Shown here: one piece after another, positions 17,326 through 27,180 of the stretch
Numbering within the stretch: the stretch's first letter is position 1
How the letters are laid out: the number at the start of each line of letters is the position of its first letter
Assembly (NCBI GenBank): GCA_041674325.1
Contig: JBAYWA010000001.1
Coordinates: 1-27,353 of the forward strand
From: Melioribacteraceae bacterium
GTDB lineage: Bacteria > Bacteroidota > Ignavibacteria > Ignavibacteriales > Melioribacteraceae
Length of the DNA stretch: 27,353 nucleotides
Direction: 5' to 3'
Made by a program: the position numbers and the translations under genes
Notes under the pieces: model-generated
Seen by the model: only the letters and a program-made list of their open reading frames with translations
Told to the model about the DNA's origin: nothing
The model's database searches: none

Positions 17326-18808
17326 GCTCTTTGAGAAGTGCAGGACGGATTATTTTACCCATCTCATTTCTTGGCAGAATGGCGAGTTGAAAAATTCGTT
17401 TTGGTATTTTATATCCGGCGAGTTTTGTTTTTAAAAATTTTTTCAGATCATTCTCTTTAATATCAGCACATTCAACAGCCGCACAGACAATCTGACCCCA
17501 ATTTGAATCTTCTAAAGAAAAAACATAAACATCGCTGACTCCCGGGAATGTACTGATCGCGTTTTCGACTTCGGCACAGCTGACATTCTCGCCCCCGGTA
17601 ATTATAAGATCCTCACGTCTCGATTCAACGAACAGGTATCCATTATTATCAATTCTGCCTAAATCCCCGGTATGATACCATCCGTTTATAATTTTTCCGG
17701 CTGTAGCCTCAAAATCCTTGTAATATTCTTTGAACAAAGAATCCGAAGCGATATAAATTTCTCCCGACTCCGGCACCATCGAATTGGCCTCATCATTTTC
17801 AGGCAGACTGTGCTGAATCATAATTCTGTTCTGCCCCAAGGGCTTTCCTGATGAGGAGATGTAATTTCTGAAAGATGTTGCCGGCAGGGCGGTAACCATT
17901 GAACAAGTTTCAGTTGAGCCGTATACTTTTACAACCGGCCATCCTCTGTCAATTGCATCCAGATAGAGTTGTTCTTCCGACGGTCCTCCGCCCAGAAATA
18001 AAAATCTTAAATTTGAAGCCGGAGAGAAATTATTCTTTAATAAACGGTGAAGCATTGTTGGAACTAATGAGATGCACGTCGGACGAAATTGCCTAATCCC
18101 GGCAACGATATTCTCATATCTTAACCCGGAAGGGAACACAAGCGCGGAGCCGGAGATTAGTGAACGGATCAAAATCATAAATCCGCCGATATGAAAGAGA
18201 GGGAGGGAAGAGAACCAAATATCATCATCCGATAGCATCGCGAAAGAATCGGTTGCTTTAACGCTCTGATAGAGACTTCGGAATGTATGAACAACAGCCT
18301 TGGGATCGCCGGTGCTTCCTGATGTGAACATTATCAAAGAAGGATCAAGAGGAGAATAATCTGCTGACCTTAGCACATTATGCTTTTCCGGATTCGTAAC
18401 TATATGATCTTTTGTCTCCCGGAATGGAAAGTGAATTTTATCGGGAAAACTCAATTCTGAATATTGCGCCGCTGTTTTTTCATCAAAAATGAGAAATTTG
18501 ATCTCAACTTTGTTTATCTGCTTTTCAAGTTCGGCCGGCAGAAGTTGCGTGCTTATCGGAACAGGAACCGCCCCAATAATCCAGAGAGCATTTATGATAG
18601 TTAAAAAATTATAGTTGTGACTGAATAAAACAGCAATCCGGTCGCCCTTACAAATTCCATTGTCAATCATAAATTCAGCGGCGGCAAAACATTCATCCGC
18701 CAATTCCCCGTAAGTGATAATCCTATCTTCCAGAATCACCGCGTTTTTACCCGGCTGCTTTTCAGATTGTTCAATAATCCAATGCTTTGTACTTCCCGCG
18801 GATATCAT
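17312..18808 (-). CDS. menE: o-succinylbenzoate-CoA ligase
   Basis: Adenylate-forming motifs FTSGSTGDPKAV, LPLFHIGG, YGSTE, YHTGDLG, RREDLIITGGENV, AGYKIPK and NEMGKI. It is the last gene of the men operon. Confidence 0.9.
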   Translation of the reverse strand: MISAGSTKHWIIEQSEKQPGKNAVILEDRIITYGELADECFAAAEFMIDNGICKGDRIAVLFSHNYNFLTIINALWIIGAVPVPISTQLLPAELEKQINKVEIKFLIFDEKTAAQYSELSFPDKIHFPFRETKDHIVTNPEKHNVLRSADYSPLDPSLIMFTSGSTGDPKAVVHTFRSLYQSVKATDSFAMLSDDDIWFSSLPLFHIGGFMILIRSLISGSALVFPSGLRYENIVAGIRQFRPTCISLVPTMLHRLLKNNFSPASNLRFLFLGGGPSEEQLYLDAIDRGWPVVKVYGSTETCSMVTALPATSFRNYISSSGKPLGQNRIMIQHSLPENDEANSMVPESGEIYIASDSLFKEYYKDFEATAGKIINGWYHTGDLGRIDNNGYLFVESRREDLIITGGENVSCAEVENAISTFPGVSDVYVFSLEDSNWGQIVCAAVECADIKENDLKKFLKTKLAGYKIPKRIFQLAILPRNEMGKIIRPALLKELNLD

Positions 18809-19872
18809 AAGAGCTTCAGATCAAAAAAATTAGGATATGTCTCCGGATTAAAATCGATTCTCCCGTTTTTTATTACATACGGATCGGGGAATAGACTGTT
18901 CTTAAAATAATCCGAAGTATCGAGGCCATGGGGAAGGGAATGGTTAACTGAAGCAGCCAGAAACACTAAAGCGTTTTTTCCTACCGGACTTTCAAACGAT
19001 GAGGAGATAATAATTTTCTTTTTTTTCTTCTCCGCTTCTTTGATAAGTTTCAATGAGGAGAGGATTCCGCCCAGAATCATCGGTTTAAGGATAAGAAATT
19101 CAACATTGCAGTGATTTATCAGGTCTTCAGCTCTTTCAAATGAAACAAGCGATTCATCAAGTGCGATAGGTACGGGTGAATCTTCAATCAAATGGAAATT
19201 GCTGCACACAAATTCGCACGGTTCCTCAACGTAGTCGATATTAAATTGCTGGAAACGGTCAAGGTATTCCAACGCTTCATCAGCGCTCCATGCCCGGTTC
19301 GCATCCAGTCTCAAATTAATATTACCCCCGAATTCATTACGTATCTCCTTTAGGAGGAGAAAATCATCTAAAACATCATTCCGGCCTATTTTAATTTTAA
19401 ACGTGGTGAATCCATCACGAATCTTCCTCCTGATTTTATTCAGCACAAAATCCTTGCTGCCGATTCCTACAACAGCATTTGAAGGGACGGATAAATTAAA
19501 TTCATCAAAATAATCAGATAATATTTTTCTGTTCCGGAGGATTAACAGATTTACCAATGCCTGCTCAAAAGCGAATCGGAGTGACGGGGTAAGATTGTGT
19601 CTTACTGTAAAAACCTGGACCGATTCGAAATTATCGTCAATCTTTTCTCCCGGAATACGGGTCTGTAAACTTTCCAATAGTTGCTTCGAATCATCAAGAG
19701 ACTCACTGCTGAATCCGGGCAATGGCGAGCATTCTCCGGAAGCGCGGTTATTAAACTCGTCTCTCAATTCTATTATAAATCCGCTACGTTGACTTATTGT
19801 TTTTGTTGAAGTATGAAATGGAGATTGCAGATCGAGAGAAAAATAAATGTATTTAAATTCTGATATTGTCAT
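18805..19872 (-). CDS. menC: o-succinylbenzoate synthase (enolase superfamily)
   Basis: GECSPLPGFS.E, the KxK motif FKIKIG, metal ligands LDAN..W, VEEP and ALDES, LKP, and HGL.T. Confidence 0.9.
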   Translation of the reverse strand: MTISEFKYIYFSLDLQSPFHTSTKTISQRSGFIIELRDEFNNRASGECSPLPGFSSESLDDSKQLLESLQTRIPGEKIDDNFESVQVFTVRHNLTPSLRFAFEQALVNLLILRNRKILSDYFDEFNLSVPSNAVVGIGSKDFVLNKIRRKIRDGFTTFKIKIGRNDVLDDFLLLKEIRNEFGGNINLRLDANRAWSADEALEYLDRFQQFNIDYVEEPCEFVCSNFHLIEDSPVPIALDESLVSFERAEDLINHCNVEFLILKPMILGGILSSLKLIKEAEKKKKKIIISSSFESPVGKNALVFLAASVNHSLPHGLDTSDYFKNSLFPDPYVIKNGRIDFNPETYPNFFDLKLL

Positions 19873-20786
19873 AATAGAATTCCGGCTGCGAAAAGCAATC
19901 CATAGAGGGCTGATAGCTTGGCCGTAAGTTCCAGAGTCTTATTTAATTCGCTGCCCCTCTTTGTATAGATCATTCTGATCAACTTTACCGCGAGGGGTAA
20001 ACTCAGAAGGGGAAGAAAGACAAAAATTTCTTTTTTAAATGTAAAGTAAACTATAAAGAGTATAGAATAAGAAATCAGCATGAAAAAGAGGTACTGAAAT
20101 CGTCCGAACTTTTCCCCGAAAATCACAATAAGTGTTCTCTTTCCGTTTGAACTGTCCTCTTCCCGGTCCCGGTAATTATTGACTACCAGAATGTTTGTTA
20201 TTAATGCGCCCACCGGCACGGAAGCCCAGAATGCCATGGCGCTGAACTCATTTGCCTGCACATAGTAAGTGCCCACAGTTCCTACAAAACCGAAGAAAAG
20301 AAATACCGCAATATCTCCCAATCCGTTATAGGCCAATGGAAACGGACCTGCCGTGTATGCGATCCCGGCCAGAATTGAGAGAATTCCAATAATCAGTATG
20401 AACCAGCCGCTGTGAATTATCAGATACAAACCGAGGAGGAAACTTAAACCGAATGAAAAATATATTCCGAACTTCATCTCGTTGACAGACAGGAGTCCCG
20501 AGACAGTTGCTCTCTGGGGACCAACGCGGTCAGCTTTATCGGAACCGCGGAGGAAATCGAAAAGATCATTAACAAAATTAGTTCCGATTTGAATAAGCAG
20601 CGAACATAGAAGGGCAATTAAAGCCGCCAATGCATTAAATTTAAAATCATTAATCGCAATTGCAGATCCCACTACAACCGGAACAATTGCGGCTGCAAGA
20701 GTTCTTGGCCGGCTTGCCAGAATCCAGGCATTAGTTTTTGAGGTTAAATTATTCAGGGATTGAGCCATTCTTTGTCTTGTTTTCAA
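19869..20786 (-). CDS. menA: 1,4-dihydroxy-2-naphthoate polyprenyltransferase
   Basis: W..ASRPRTL, NFVNDLFD..RGSD...R.GP, YT.GP..LAY.GLGD and NNYRD..ED...GKRTL, with multiple transmembrane helices. An alternative start at MAQSL is possible. Confidence 0.93.
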   Translation of the reverse strand: MKTRQRMAQSLNNLTSKTNAWILASRPRTLAAAIVPVVVGSAIAINDFKFNALAALIALLCSLLIQIGTNFVNDLFDFLRGSDKADRVGPQRATVSGLLSVNEMKFGIYFSFGLSFLLGLYLIIHSGWFILIIGILSILAGIAYTAGPFPLAYNGLGDIAVFLFFGFVGTVGTYYVQANEFSAMAFWASVPVGALITNILVVNNYRDREEDSSNGKRTLIVIFGEKFGRFQYLFFMLISYSILFIVYFTFKKEIFVFLPLLSLPLAVKLIRMIYTKRGSELNKTLELTAKLSALYGLLFAAGILL

Positions 20787-20851
20787 TTCGATTAATCGGT
20801 TAATAAAGTGAGCAGCGAAGCATTCAGAGTGAATACTTCATATCTTTTTGA

Positions 20852-21685
20852 TTACGGCACCCTTGGAAATTTTTTGAAGTCCGGTTTCCGTTTTTCATTG
20901 TAGGCATTTTTGCCTTCCTGCGCCTCCTCGCTCATATAATAGAGCAATGTAGCGTTGCCGGATAGCTCCTGGATTCCGGCCTGTCCGTCCAATTCAGCGT
21001 TGAAAGCTGATTTGAGTAACCGGAGAGCCAGAGGACTCATTTCTAGAATTTCTCTTGCCCATTGAATACCTTCCGCCTCCAGTTGGTCGATTGGAACAAC
21101 CTTATTCACGAGTCCCATATCAAGCGCTTCCTTAGCATTATACTGACGGCAGAGAAACCATATCTCCCGGGCTTTTTTCTGTCCTACGATGCGTGCAAGG
21201 TAGCTGGCGCCGAATCCTCCGTCGAAACTGCCCACTTTGGGTCCGGTCTGTCCGAAGACAGCGTTATCCGCCGCAATCGACAGGTCGCAGACCACATGAA
21301 GTACATGCCCGCCTCCTATGGCATAACCAGCAACAAGCGCAATAACCGGCTTCGGGATGGAACGGATCTGCTTTTGAACATCGAGTATGTTCAGCCGTGG
21401 TACACCGTCTTTTCCGATATAACCTTTGTTCCCGCGAATCGATTGGTCGCCCCCGGAACAAAAAGCATATTTCCCGTCCTTAGATGGTCCTTTTCCTGTT
21501 AACAGAATTACTCCGATAGATGAATCTTCCCGCGCGTCAGCAAAAGCGTCAAAAAGTTCCAATGTTGTTTCCGGCCTGAACGCATTTCTCTTTTCGGGGC
21601 GGTTTATAGAAATCTTTGCAATACCATCCATCTTTTCGTAAATGATATCTTTATATTCTTTTGCGCTCTTCCAATCTAAACTCAT
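20852..21685 (-). CDS. menB: 1,4-dihydroxy-2-naphthoyl-CoA synthase
   Basis: [47 protein letters not shown] and EEAQEG..A..EKR.PDF. Confidence 0.97.
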   Translation of the reverse strand: MSLDWKSAKEYKDIIYEKMDGIAKISINRPEKRNAFRPETTLELFDAFADAREDSSIGVILLTGKGPSKDGKYAFCSGGDQSIRGNKGYIGKDGVPRLNILDVQKQIRSIPKPVIALVAGYAIGGGHVLHVVCDLSIAADNAVFGQTGPKVGSFDGGFGASYLARIVGQKKAREIWFLCRQYNAKEALDMGLVNKVVPIDQLEAEGIQWAREILEMSPLALRLLKSAFNAELDGQAGIQELSGNATLLYYMSEEAQEGKNAYNEKRKPDFKKFPRVP

Positions 21686-21692
21686 TATTACC

Positions 21693-22511
21693 TTAAATAT
21701 TTTTCAGGAATTCATTTACTAATTTAGTAAAAACCTCAGGCTTTTCTAAGTGTACGTTATGCCCGCAATCCGAGACTGAATTATGCCTGGCGTCGGGTAA
21801 TTTTAATCTCATTTTTGTATTGATTGAAGTGTATTTTTTATCGTAATCTCCGGTAATGAGAAGTACGGGAAAGTTAAGCGATACTATCTTATCCCAGTAG
21901 CTCGTCATTAATCCGGTGCTGAAACTCATCAGTGAATTAGAGAGGCCCGTGACGCTATTTGCAATTCTTTTGCTTCTTACCTCTTTAAAGTTCGGAAGTT
22001 TTTTTAATGAATTAAATAATGGGGTATCAAACCAGAAATTAATAAATGATTCAACTCCCTCTTTCTTGATCTTTTCCGCAAAGAGATAATCTATCTCCAC
22101 TCTCTCTTTTTTCATGCAGATATCCTCGATTCCGGGAGTTGTGCTTTCAAGAACGGCGGCAATAATTCTGTCGGTGTGCTTAAGACTGTAAGAGAGTGCC
22201 ACGCGGCCTCCCATCGAATATCCGACCAGAATTACCTTCTCAAAATTCAGTTGAGAGAAAATAGAATCAAGGTGGCGGACAATTGCCGAGCAGGTATAAT
22301 GCATCTGATCTTTTGGAGAGTCTGTTGAGCCGTGTCCTATAAGATCGACAGCGACGGGGAAATATTTTTCCGGAAGCTGATCAACGATGAACTGCCAGTC
22401 CCCGGCATCCCCTGTAAAACCATGCAGAAAGATAACCGGGATTTTAGATTGTTCAAAGCTGGATTCATTTAAGAGAAGATTGAACTCGATATCTTCAACT
22501 TTTAATTTCAT
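21693..22511 (-). CDS. menH: SHCHC synthase (alpha/beta hydrolase fold)
   Basis: [28 protein letters not shown] and GHNVHLE. It sits between menD and menB. Confidence 0.9.
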   Translation of the reverse strand: MKLKVEDIEFNLLLNESSFEQSKIPVIFLHGFTGDAGDWQFIVDQLPEKYFPVAVDLIGHGSTDSPKDQMHYTCSAIVRHLDSIFSQLNFEKVILVGYSMGGRVALSYSLKHTDRIIAAVLESTTPGIEDICMKKERVEIDYLFAEKIKKEGVESFINFWFDTPLFNSLKKLPNFKEVRSKRIANSVTGLSNSLMSFSTGLMTSYWDKIVSLNFPVLLITGDYDKKYTSINTKMRLKLPDARHNSVSDCGHNVHLEKPEVFTKLVNEFLKNI

Positions 22512-24261
22512 TAATAAATCTTACAATTCGTTTTGCAACGGCGTTCCAGTAAATCTGACGCTGAAGTTTGGATTTTTTTGCGTCGGTCTGTATCTCAAGG
22601 ATGGTAAGGTTTCTATTCCTGGCAGACAATATCACTTTTTCTTTCAAATTAATCCAGCTTTTTATTCTATAATAGTCTCCGCCATAAGCTTTTACCAGTT
22701 TTTCAAAATTTAAGTCAACCGGCGTAGAGAAATTATTTTTGAAGACGTCTTTATATTCGGAGATCGGGAGTGATTCAAAAATGCCCCCTCCGCAATTATT
22801 AACCAGAATTATTGTTAGAGGAATCCCGTATTTTACTGCGTTGTGCAGACCGTTCAGATCGTGATAAAATGCCAAATCTCCGATAACCAGAAAGCTCCTC
22901 TCTTTTGACTTTGCGGCAATACCGAGTGCGGTAGAGTTAATTCCGTCTATTCCGCTGGCCCCTCTGTTTGTGTATACACTTAATTTCTTCTCAATCGGAG
23001 AGGCGAAGAAGTCGGCATCCCTTACCGGGAGCGAGTTGGAAATAATCAGATTTGACCCTGAAGGAACGGAATTTATTATCTCATTTAGAATCCTCCCTTC
23101 AAAAGGGAATTTCGAATTTAGGACTAATTTATTTTTAAGCTCTTCGGCAAAATTATTCATCACATGAAAATCGATCATCCAGCAGCTGTCTCTGTTTTTT
23201 CTCTCTTTTACCGCATCGAAAGATGCGTCGCAGAACAGTATCGGGTCTGCCTTAATTACTGTCTTTGCCGTAAGGGAAGGATCGTTTCTGTCTCCAAATT
23301 CATTTACTAAAATTTTTTCTGCTCTGGATCTTTTAAAGAATTCGAGCAAAGTGCTGGATGTAGGAGCTCCACCGAACTGAATTATCAATTCAGGATCGAA
23401 ATTTCTCTGAAAATCATCATTTCGGACGAGAGCCGTCAGATTGCCGGCAAAATTTTTCTTTGAGTGGCCGCCAAACCTGAGTGACGATGCACCGTCCGCA
23501 AAAATTGGATATCCGAATTTTTCCGAAAAGCGAACTAATTTTTTCGCGAAATCTTTTCCGTAATTACCGTAACCGACAATTATTAATCCTTTCTCCCAAT
23601 TCAGGAATTTTCCGGTGAGAGATTTATAGTCAATCTTAATTTGCGGGGCGGGTTTAATCTCAAACGATGAGCGGGTAAACACTCTTTCTATCTCCCCAAT
23701 CTCGATTTTATCCGTATAACTATTGGGTTCGAACGGTTTTTCGAAAGGCATATTGACATGAACCGGACCTCTCTCTGCGACACACGAAAAATGTATAGAG
23801 TCTTCGGCAATTTTTTTAATTGAAGTAAGCCTGCTTATATCGGGCAATCCGGCATCAACAAAATACCGGATATGATTCCTGTAGATATTATTCTGATTTA
23901 TTGTCTGGTTAGCCCCATTGTTTCTCATTTGATGCGGCCTGTCCGCAGTACAAATTATCAGCGGCACCCTGGAGTAATATGCTTCTATTATTGCCGGATA
24001 CAATTCCGCAACCGCGGTCCCTGATGTTGTAACAACCGCTACGGGGGAATTTGATTTCTTAGCGAGTCCGAGCGCAAAGAATGCCGAGGAGCGTTCGTCG
24101 ACTATGGGGAAGACATCGATCGACTTATTCGAAATGAATGCGAGAGTCAGTGATGTGCTTCTTGAACCCGGAGAGATGCAGGCATATCGTACGCCAAGCT
24201 GCGCCAGGCGGCTTACAAAAAGATCGCACCACACAATATTACGATTTATAGACAGTTTCAT
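22495..24261 (-). CDS. menD: SEPHCHC synthase (ThDP-dependent)
   Basis: The likely ATG is at 24261 (the track starts at TTG 24267). Motifs CISPGSRST, DERSSAFFALG, TTSGTA, TADRP, ANQTI.Q, GPVH.N, NSLPVRD, NRGASGIDG, GDLAFYHDLNG and NN.GGGIF. Confidence 0.96.
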   Translation of the reverse strand: MKLSINRNIVWCDLFVSRLAQLGVRYACISPGSRSTSLTLAFISNKSIDVFPIVDERSSAFFALGLAKKSNSPVAVVTTSGTAVAELYPAIIEAYYSRVPLIICTADRPHQMRNNGANQTINQNNIYRNHIRYFVDAGLPDISRLTSIKKIAEDSIHFSCVAERGPVHVNMPFEKPFEPNSYTDKIEIGEIERVFTRSSFEIKPAPQIKIDYKSLTGKFLNWEKGLIIVGYGNYGKDFAKKLVRFSEKFGYPIFADGASSLRFGGHSKKNFAGNLTALVRNDDFQRNFDPELIIQFGGAPTSSTLLEFFKRSRAEKILVNEFGDRNDPSLTAKTVIKADPILFCDASFDAVKERKNRDSCWMIDFHVMNNFAEELKNKLVLNSKFPFEGRILNEIINSVPSGSNLIISNSLPVRDADFFASPIEKKLSVYTNRGASGIDGINSTALGIAAKSKERSFLVIGDLAFYHDLNGLHNAVKYGIPLTIILVNNCGGGIFESLPISEYKDVFKNNFSTPVDLNFEKLVKAYGGDYYRIKSWINLKEKVILSARNRNLTILEIQTDAKKSKLQRQIYWNAVAKRIVRFINEIKS

Positions 24262-25606
24262 CTGCAAAGAGGTTTAGGATTGGTTTAAGTTTAAGTTCTA
24301 TCTCATTGTATTCAGACACAGGCTCCGAGCCATTAATCACTCCGCATCCCGCATATGCCAACAGTATATTTTTACGCAGCAGGGCTGAGCGGATTCCTAC
24401 CGAAAACTCAGCTTTACCCTCCAGATTAAACCAGCCAACGGCTCCCGCAAAAAGTCCCCGGTCAAATTTTTCAATTACATTAATAATGGAAAGCGCCTCC
24501 GTTTTCGGATAACCGCATACCGCAGGAGTGGGGTAAAGCAGTTCCAATAATGAAAAAAAAGAGATCCCGCTCTTAAGCCGCGCGCGTATCTGCGAATAGA
24601 GATGCTGTATGTTGGAATACTTTTTAATAACCGGCTGCGAATCAAAAAGTATCTTCTCTGTAACGGGTGTGAGCTGTGTGATGATAAAATCTACAACGCT
24701 TTTATGCTCGGCCAGATTTTTCTTATCGTGAAGGAGTTCATCCTCCAATATCTTATCTTCATCCGGAGAGGCGCCTCTTGATATTGAGCCTGCTAATGCG
24801 TCGGCTTCAATAAATTCATTATCGGCTCTGAAAAGTTTTTCGGGTGTCGCGCCGAAGAATATTGAACCTCCCGATTTGTAGGCGAAGATAGTGCAGTTCT
24901 CAAATCCGGTTTCCAGTTGTTCAAGCTGGAAAGAAAGATCCGGTGAACTGCTCAACTTAATTTCGTTGAATCGGGAGAGAACGACTTTATCGATTTTTTT
25001 TTGCGAAATCAGTTCAAGTGCGGTTCTTACCTGAGACGACCATTCATCTAGTCCTATACTTTTCCTGACTGAAAGAAGATGAGAAAAATCCTGCACATCC
25101 TGCTTCCGGGCTGATAAATAACTATCAACTTGAGAAATCGATTTTTCCATATCGTTCTCAAAGGAGTTGATAATTAAAAAATAATCTTCTCCGTTGCGAG
25201 TGCACAAAATTTGTGGAATGCTCCACTGAAGGAATGCAAAATCATTCCATACTTCGTTCGGCCGGCCGGATGGAAATTTTATTCCGCCGACGAAAAAAGG
25301 ATTGTCCGATTTTTTTATGTTTGAAATTATTTCGAAAGGGAGGTTGCGGATTAACGAATCAACGCCGGACAGATCTTTCAGATCATCTTTTTTTATTGAA
25401 TAAATTTCACCGGCGGAAACAAATGAATATTGCTCGGCGGGAATGCTCCAATAAAAAGAAAAATTTTCTTCATTTAAGAATTTTGATTTTATTGAAATGA
25501 AATCAGTTTCTGTTATCTGCTGAGAAAATGAAAAAAGCCGAGGTAATTTCGTCCGGGATTTTTCATTTTCAGCTATAAAATCATACAAAGTCTGTTTATT
25601 AAGCAT
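24239..25606 (-). CDS. menF: Menaquinone-specific isochorismate synthase
   Basis: FFGATPEKL, ALAGS, KNLAEH, IQHL, PTPAVCG, DRGLFAG.VGW, IRSA, YAGCGV and E...KL. It is the first gene of the men operon. Confidence 0.92.
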   Translation of the reverse strand: MLNKQTLYDFIAENEKSRTKLPRLFSFSQQITETDFISIKSKFLNEENFSFYWSIPAEQYSFVSAGEIYSIKKDDLKDLSGVDSLIRNLPFEIISNIKKSDNPFFVGGIKFPSGRPNEVWNDFAFLQWSIPQILCTRNGEDYFLIINSFENDMEKSISQVDSYLSARKQDVQDFSHLLSVRKSIGLDEWSSQVRTALELISQKKIDKVVLSRFNEIKLSSSPDLSFQLEQLETGFENCTIFAYKSGGSIFFGATPEKLFRADNEFIEADALAGSISRGASPDEDKILEDELLHDKKNLAEHKSVVDFIITQLTPVTEKILFDSQPVIKKYSNIQHLYSQIRARLKSGISFFSLLELLYPTPAVCGYPKTEALSIINVIEKFDRGLFAGAVGWFNLEGKAEFSVGIRSALLRKNILLAYAGCGVINGSEPVSEYNEIELKLKPILNLFADETVYKS

Positions 25607-25639
25607 CGGGAGCCATGTCAGAAATTTTGTTATTCCGCT

Positions 25640-25660
25640 GTTAATATAAATTATCCGGAC
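25640..25660. promoter_or_regulatory. Operator-like imperfect palindrome GT-N4-ATAAATTAT-N4-AC (copy 1)
   Basis: GTTAATATAAATTATCCGGAC, about 34 bp upstream of the menF start. The first 16 nt match copy 2 at 15 of 16 positions. Confidence 0.45.
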
Positions 25661-25754
25661 TTAGTTTCAAACCGGAATGATGTTATTGAGAAAAAAAGAT
25701 GAGAGGTTTTAAGGGTTTTTAACTATTGCTGCGAGGAAATGCCTTTTCTTTTTT

Positions 25755-25775
25755 GTAAATATAAATTATCTTAAC
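25755..25775. promoter_or_regulatory. Operator-like imperfect palindrome (copy 2)
   Basis: GTAAATATAAATTATCTTAAC has 8 of 10 symmetric pairs and lies in the menF/marR divergent intergenic region. Confidence 0.5.
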
Positions 25776-25887
25776 CGTGTATTTGAATAGATATAATTGA
25801 TAAAACTGAAATTTTATTATGGAGAGGGGTTAATATAAAAATCTTCAATTACTATTTTTAATTAACTTATCGAAAGAAAGGTGAAAT

Positions 25888-26313
25888 ATGGCTAGCGAAA
25901 AAAAACAATTGGCTTTGGAATTATGGGAGAAATTGTCAAAGGCCTATGACAAGTACAAAAGAATTCAAGCCAAACAGATGTTTGCGGAAAATCTGACCGC
26001 TCCTCAATTCGGGGTTCTGGAAATTCTGCACAAAACCGGACCGGTTCCGTTGAAACGATTGAGCGAAGAAATGATGGTAACCGGCGCAAATATTACCTGT
26101 GTAATGGATAATCTTGAAAAAGAGGGATTTGTAAAGCGGATTTATTCAAAAGAAGACAGACGAGTTATTCTTGCGGATCTCACTTCAAGCGGCAAAACAA
26201 AAATCGGATCCATCATGCCCAAGTACGCAGAAAATATTGCAACATTAACAGCTGTTCTTAACGACCACGAACAGAAAGAATTAGTAAAACTTTTGGGCAA
26301 ATTCCAAAGCTGA
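25888..26313 (+). CDS. MarR-family transcriptional regulator (MhqR-like)
   Basis: LT..QFGVLEIL, PL..L, NIT.VMD.LEKEG.V.R and EDRRV...LT..G winged-helix motifs. An AAAGGTGA RBS precedes the ATG. Confidence 0.93.
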   Translation: MASEKKQLALELWEKLSKAYDKYKRIQAKQMFAENLTAPQFGVLEILHKTGPVPLKRLSEEMMVTGANITCVMDNLEKEGFVKRIYSKEDRRVILADLTSSGKTKIGSIMPKYAENIATLTAVLNDHEQKELVKLLGKFQS

Positions 26314-26316
26314 TCT

Positions 26317-27165
26317 TTATTTTTGCTTAAAAACGAGAGCGCACCACTCGTCCATTTCGTTCTTCTCTAATTGCTCGAATCCCAATTGAGAATATTTTTC
26401 CGCAATATCATGCTCATCAACTATTAGAAGGCCGGATAATATCAGGGTTCCGGTCTTCTCTAATTTTTTCTTTATCTCTCCGGCAATTTCCAGAAGGATG
26501 TGTTTGTTTATATTGGCAACTATTAATCCAAACTCTTTTTCGGGAATCTGATTAATTTCGGCAAGCCTGATCTCAACTTTGCCCTCAAGATTGTTCGCTT
26601 TAACGTTTTCATTCCCGTTTAGAATACACCATTCATCATTATCAACGCACAGCGCCGAAGCGGCTCCAAGCATTACAGCGCCTATTCCGAGAACAGCCGT
26701 CCCGGATCCGACATCCAGAACTTTTTCTCCACCCTTAACATGTTTTTCAATAAGACTCAGAACGAGCCGCGTTGTCGAGTGTTCTCCCGTTCCAAAAGAC
26801 ATTTTGGGATCGATAGCAATTATAACCTGTCCCGGTTTCGAAGCATAATCTTTGAATGACGGTTTAATTACCAGGCGGTCGGTAACTTCAATAACACGTA
26901 CGTTCTTCTCATATTCGGCATTCCAATTTCGGTCTTCAAACGAATCTTCTTCAACGGCAAACGCGGAGATCTGATTCTCGGAAACGAGCTGATTTAATAT
27001 CCTCTCAATATCAGATTTTGCCACATTTTTCTGAGAGCCGGCAAATACAATTATTCCTGAATCCGTTTCGTTAATCCCGTCTATATCTAACTGCCAGAGC
27101 AGTCCGCAAATTTCATCGGTAATCATGGGATTCGTGAATATTTTAAATTGTTTATATGTTTTCAT
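26317..27165 (-). CDS. prmA: Ribosomal protein L11 methyltransferase
   Basis: RNWNAEY, IDPKMSFGTGEHSTT, the SAM motif VLDVGSGTAVL, D.D, N...N, VANIN and LILSGLL. Confidence 0.93.
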   Translation of the reverse strand: MKTYKQFKIFTNPMITDEICGLLWQLDIDGINETDSGIIVFAGSQKNVAKSDIERILNQLVSENQISAFAVEEDSFEDRNWNAEYEKNVRVIEVTDRLVIKPSFKDYASKPGQVIIAIDPKMSFGTGEHSTTRLVLSLIEKHVKGGEKVLDVGSGTAVLGIGAVMLGAASALCVDNDEWCILNGNENVKANNLEGKVEIRLAEINQIPEKEFGLIVANINKHILLEIAGEIKKKLEKTGTLILSGLLIVDEHDIAEKYSQLGFEQLEKNEMDEWCALVFKQK

Positions 27166-27180
27166 AGCACACCGGAATTT

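Noticed and set aside
21062-21502. 146-aa + strand ORF
   Set aside because: It is antisense to the highly conserved menB and has no motifs.
25599-25616. Tiny out-of-frame uORF (MAPDA*) overlapping the menF start
   Set aside because: It has only five codons and no RBS or regulatory codons, so it is probably chance.
25797-25810. FNR-like TTGAT-N4-CTGAA box
   Set aside because: The right half-site matches only 3 of 5 positions, in very AT-rich DNA.
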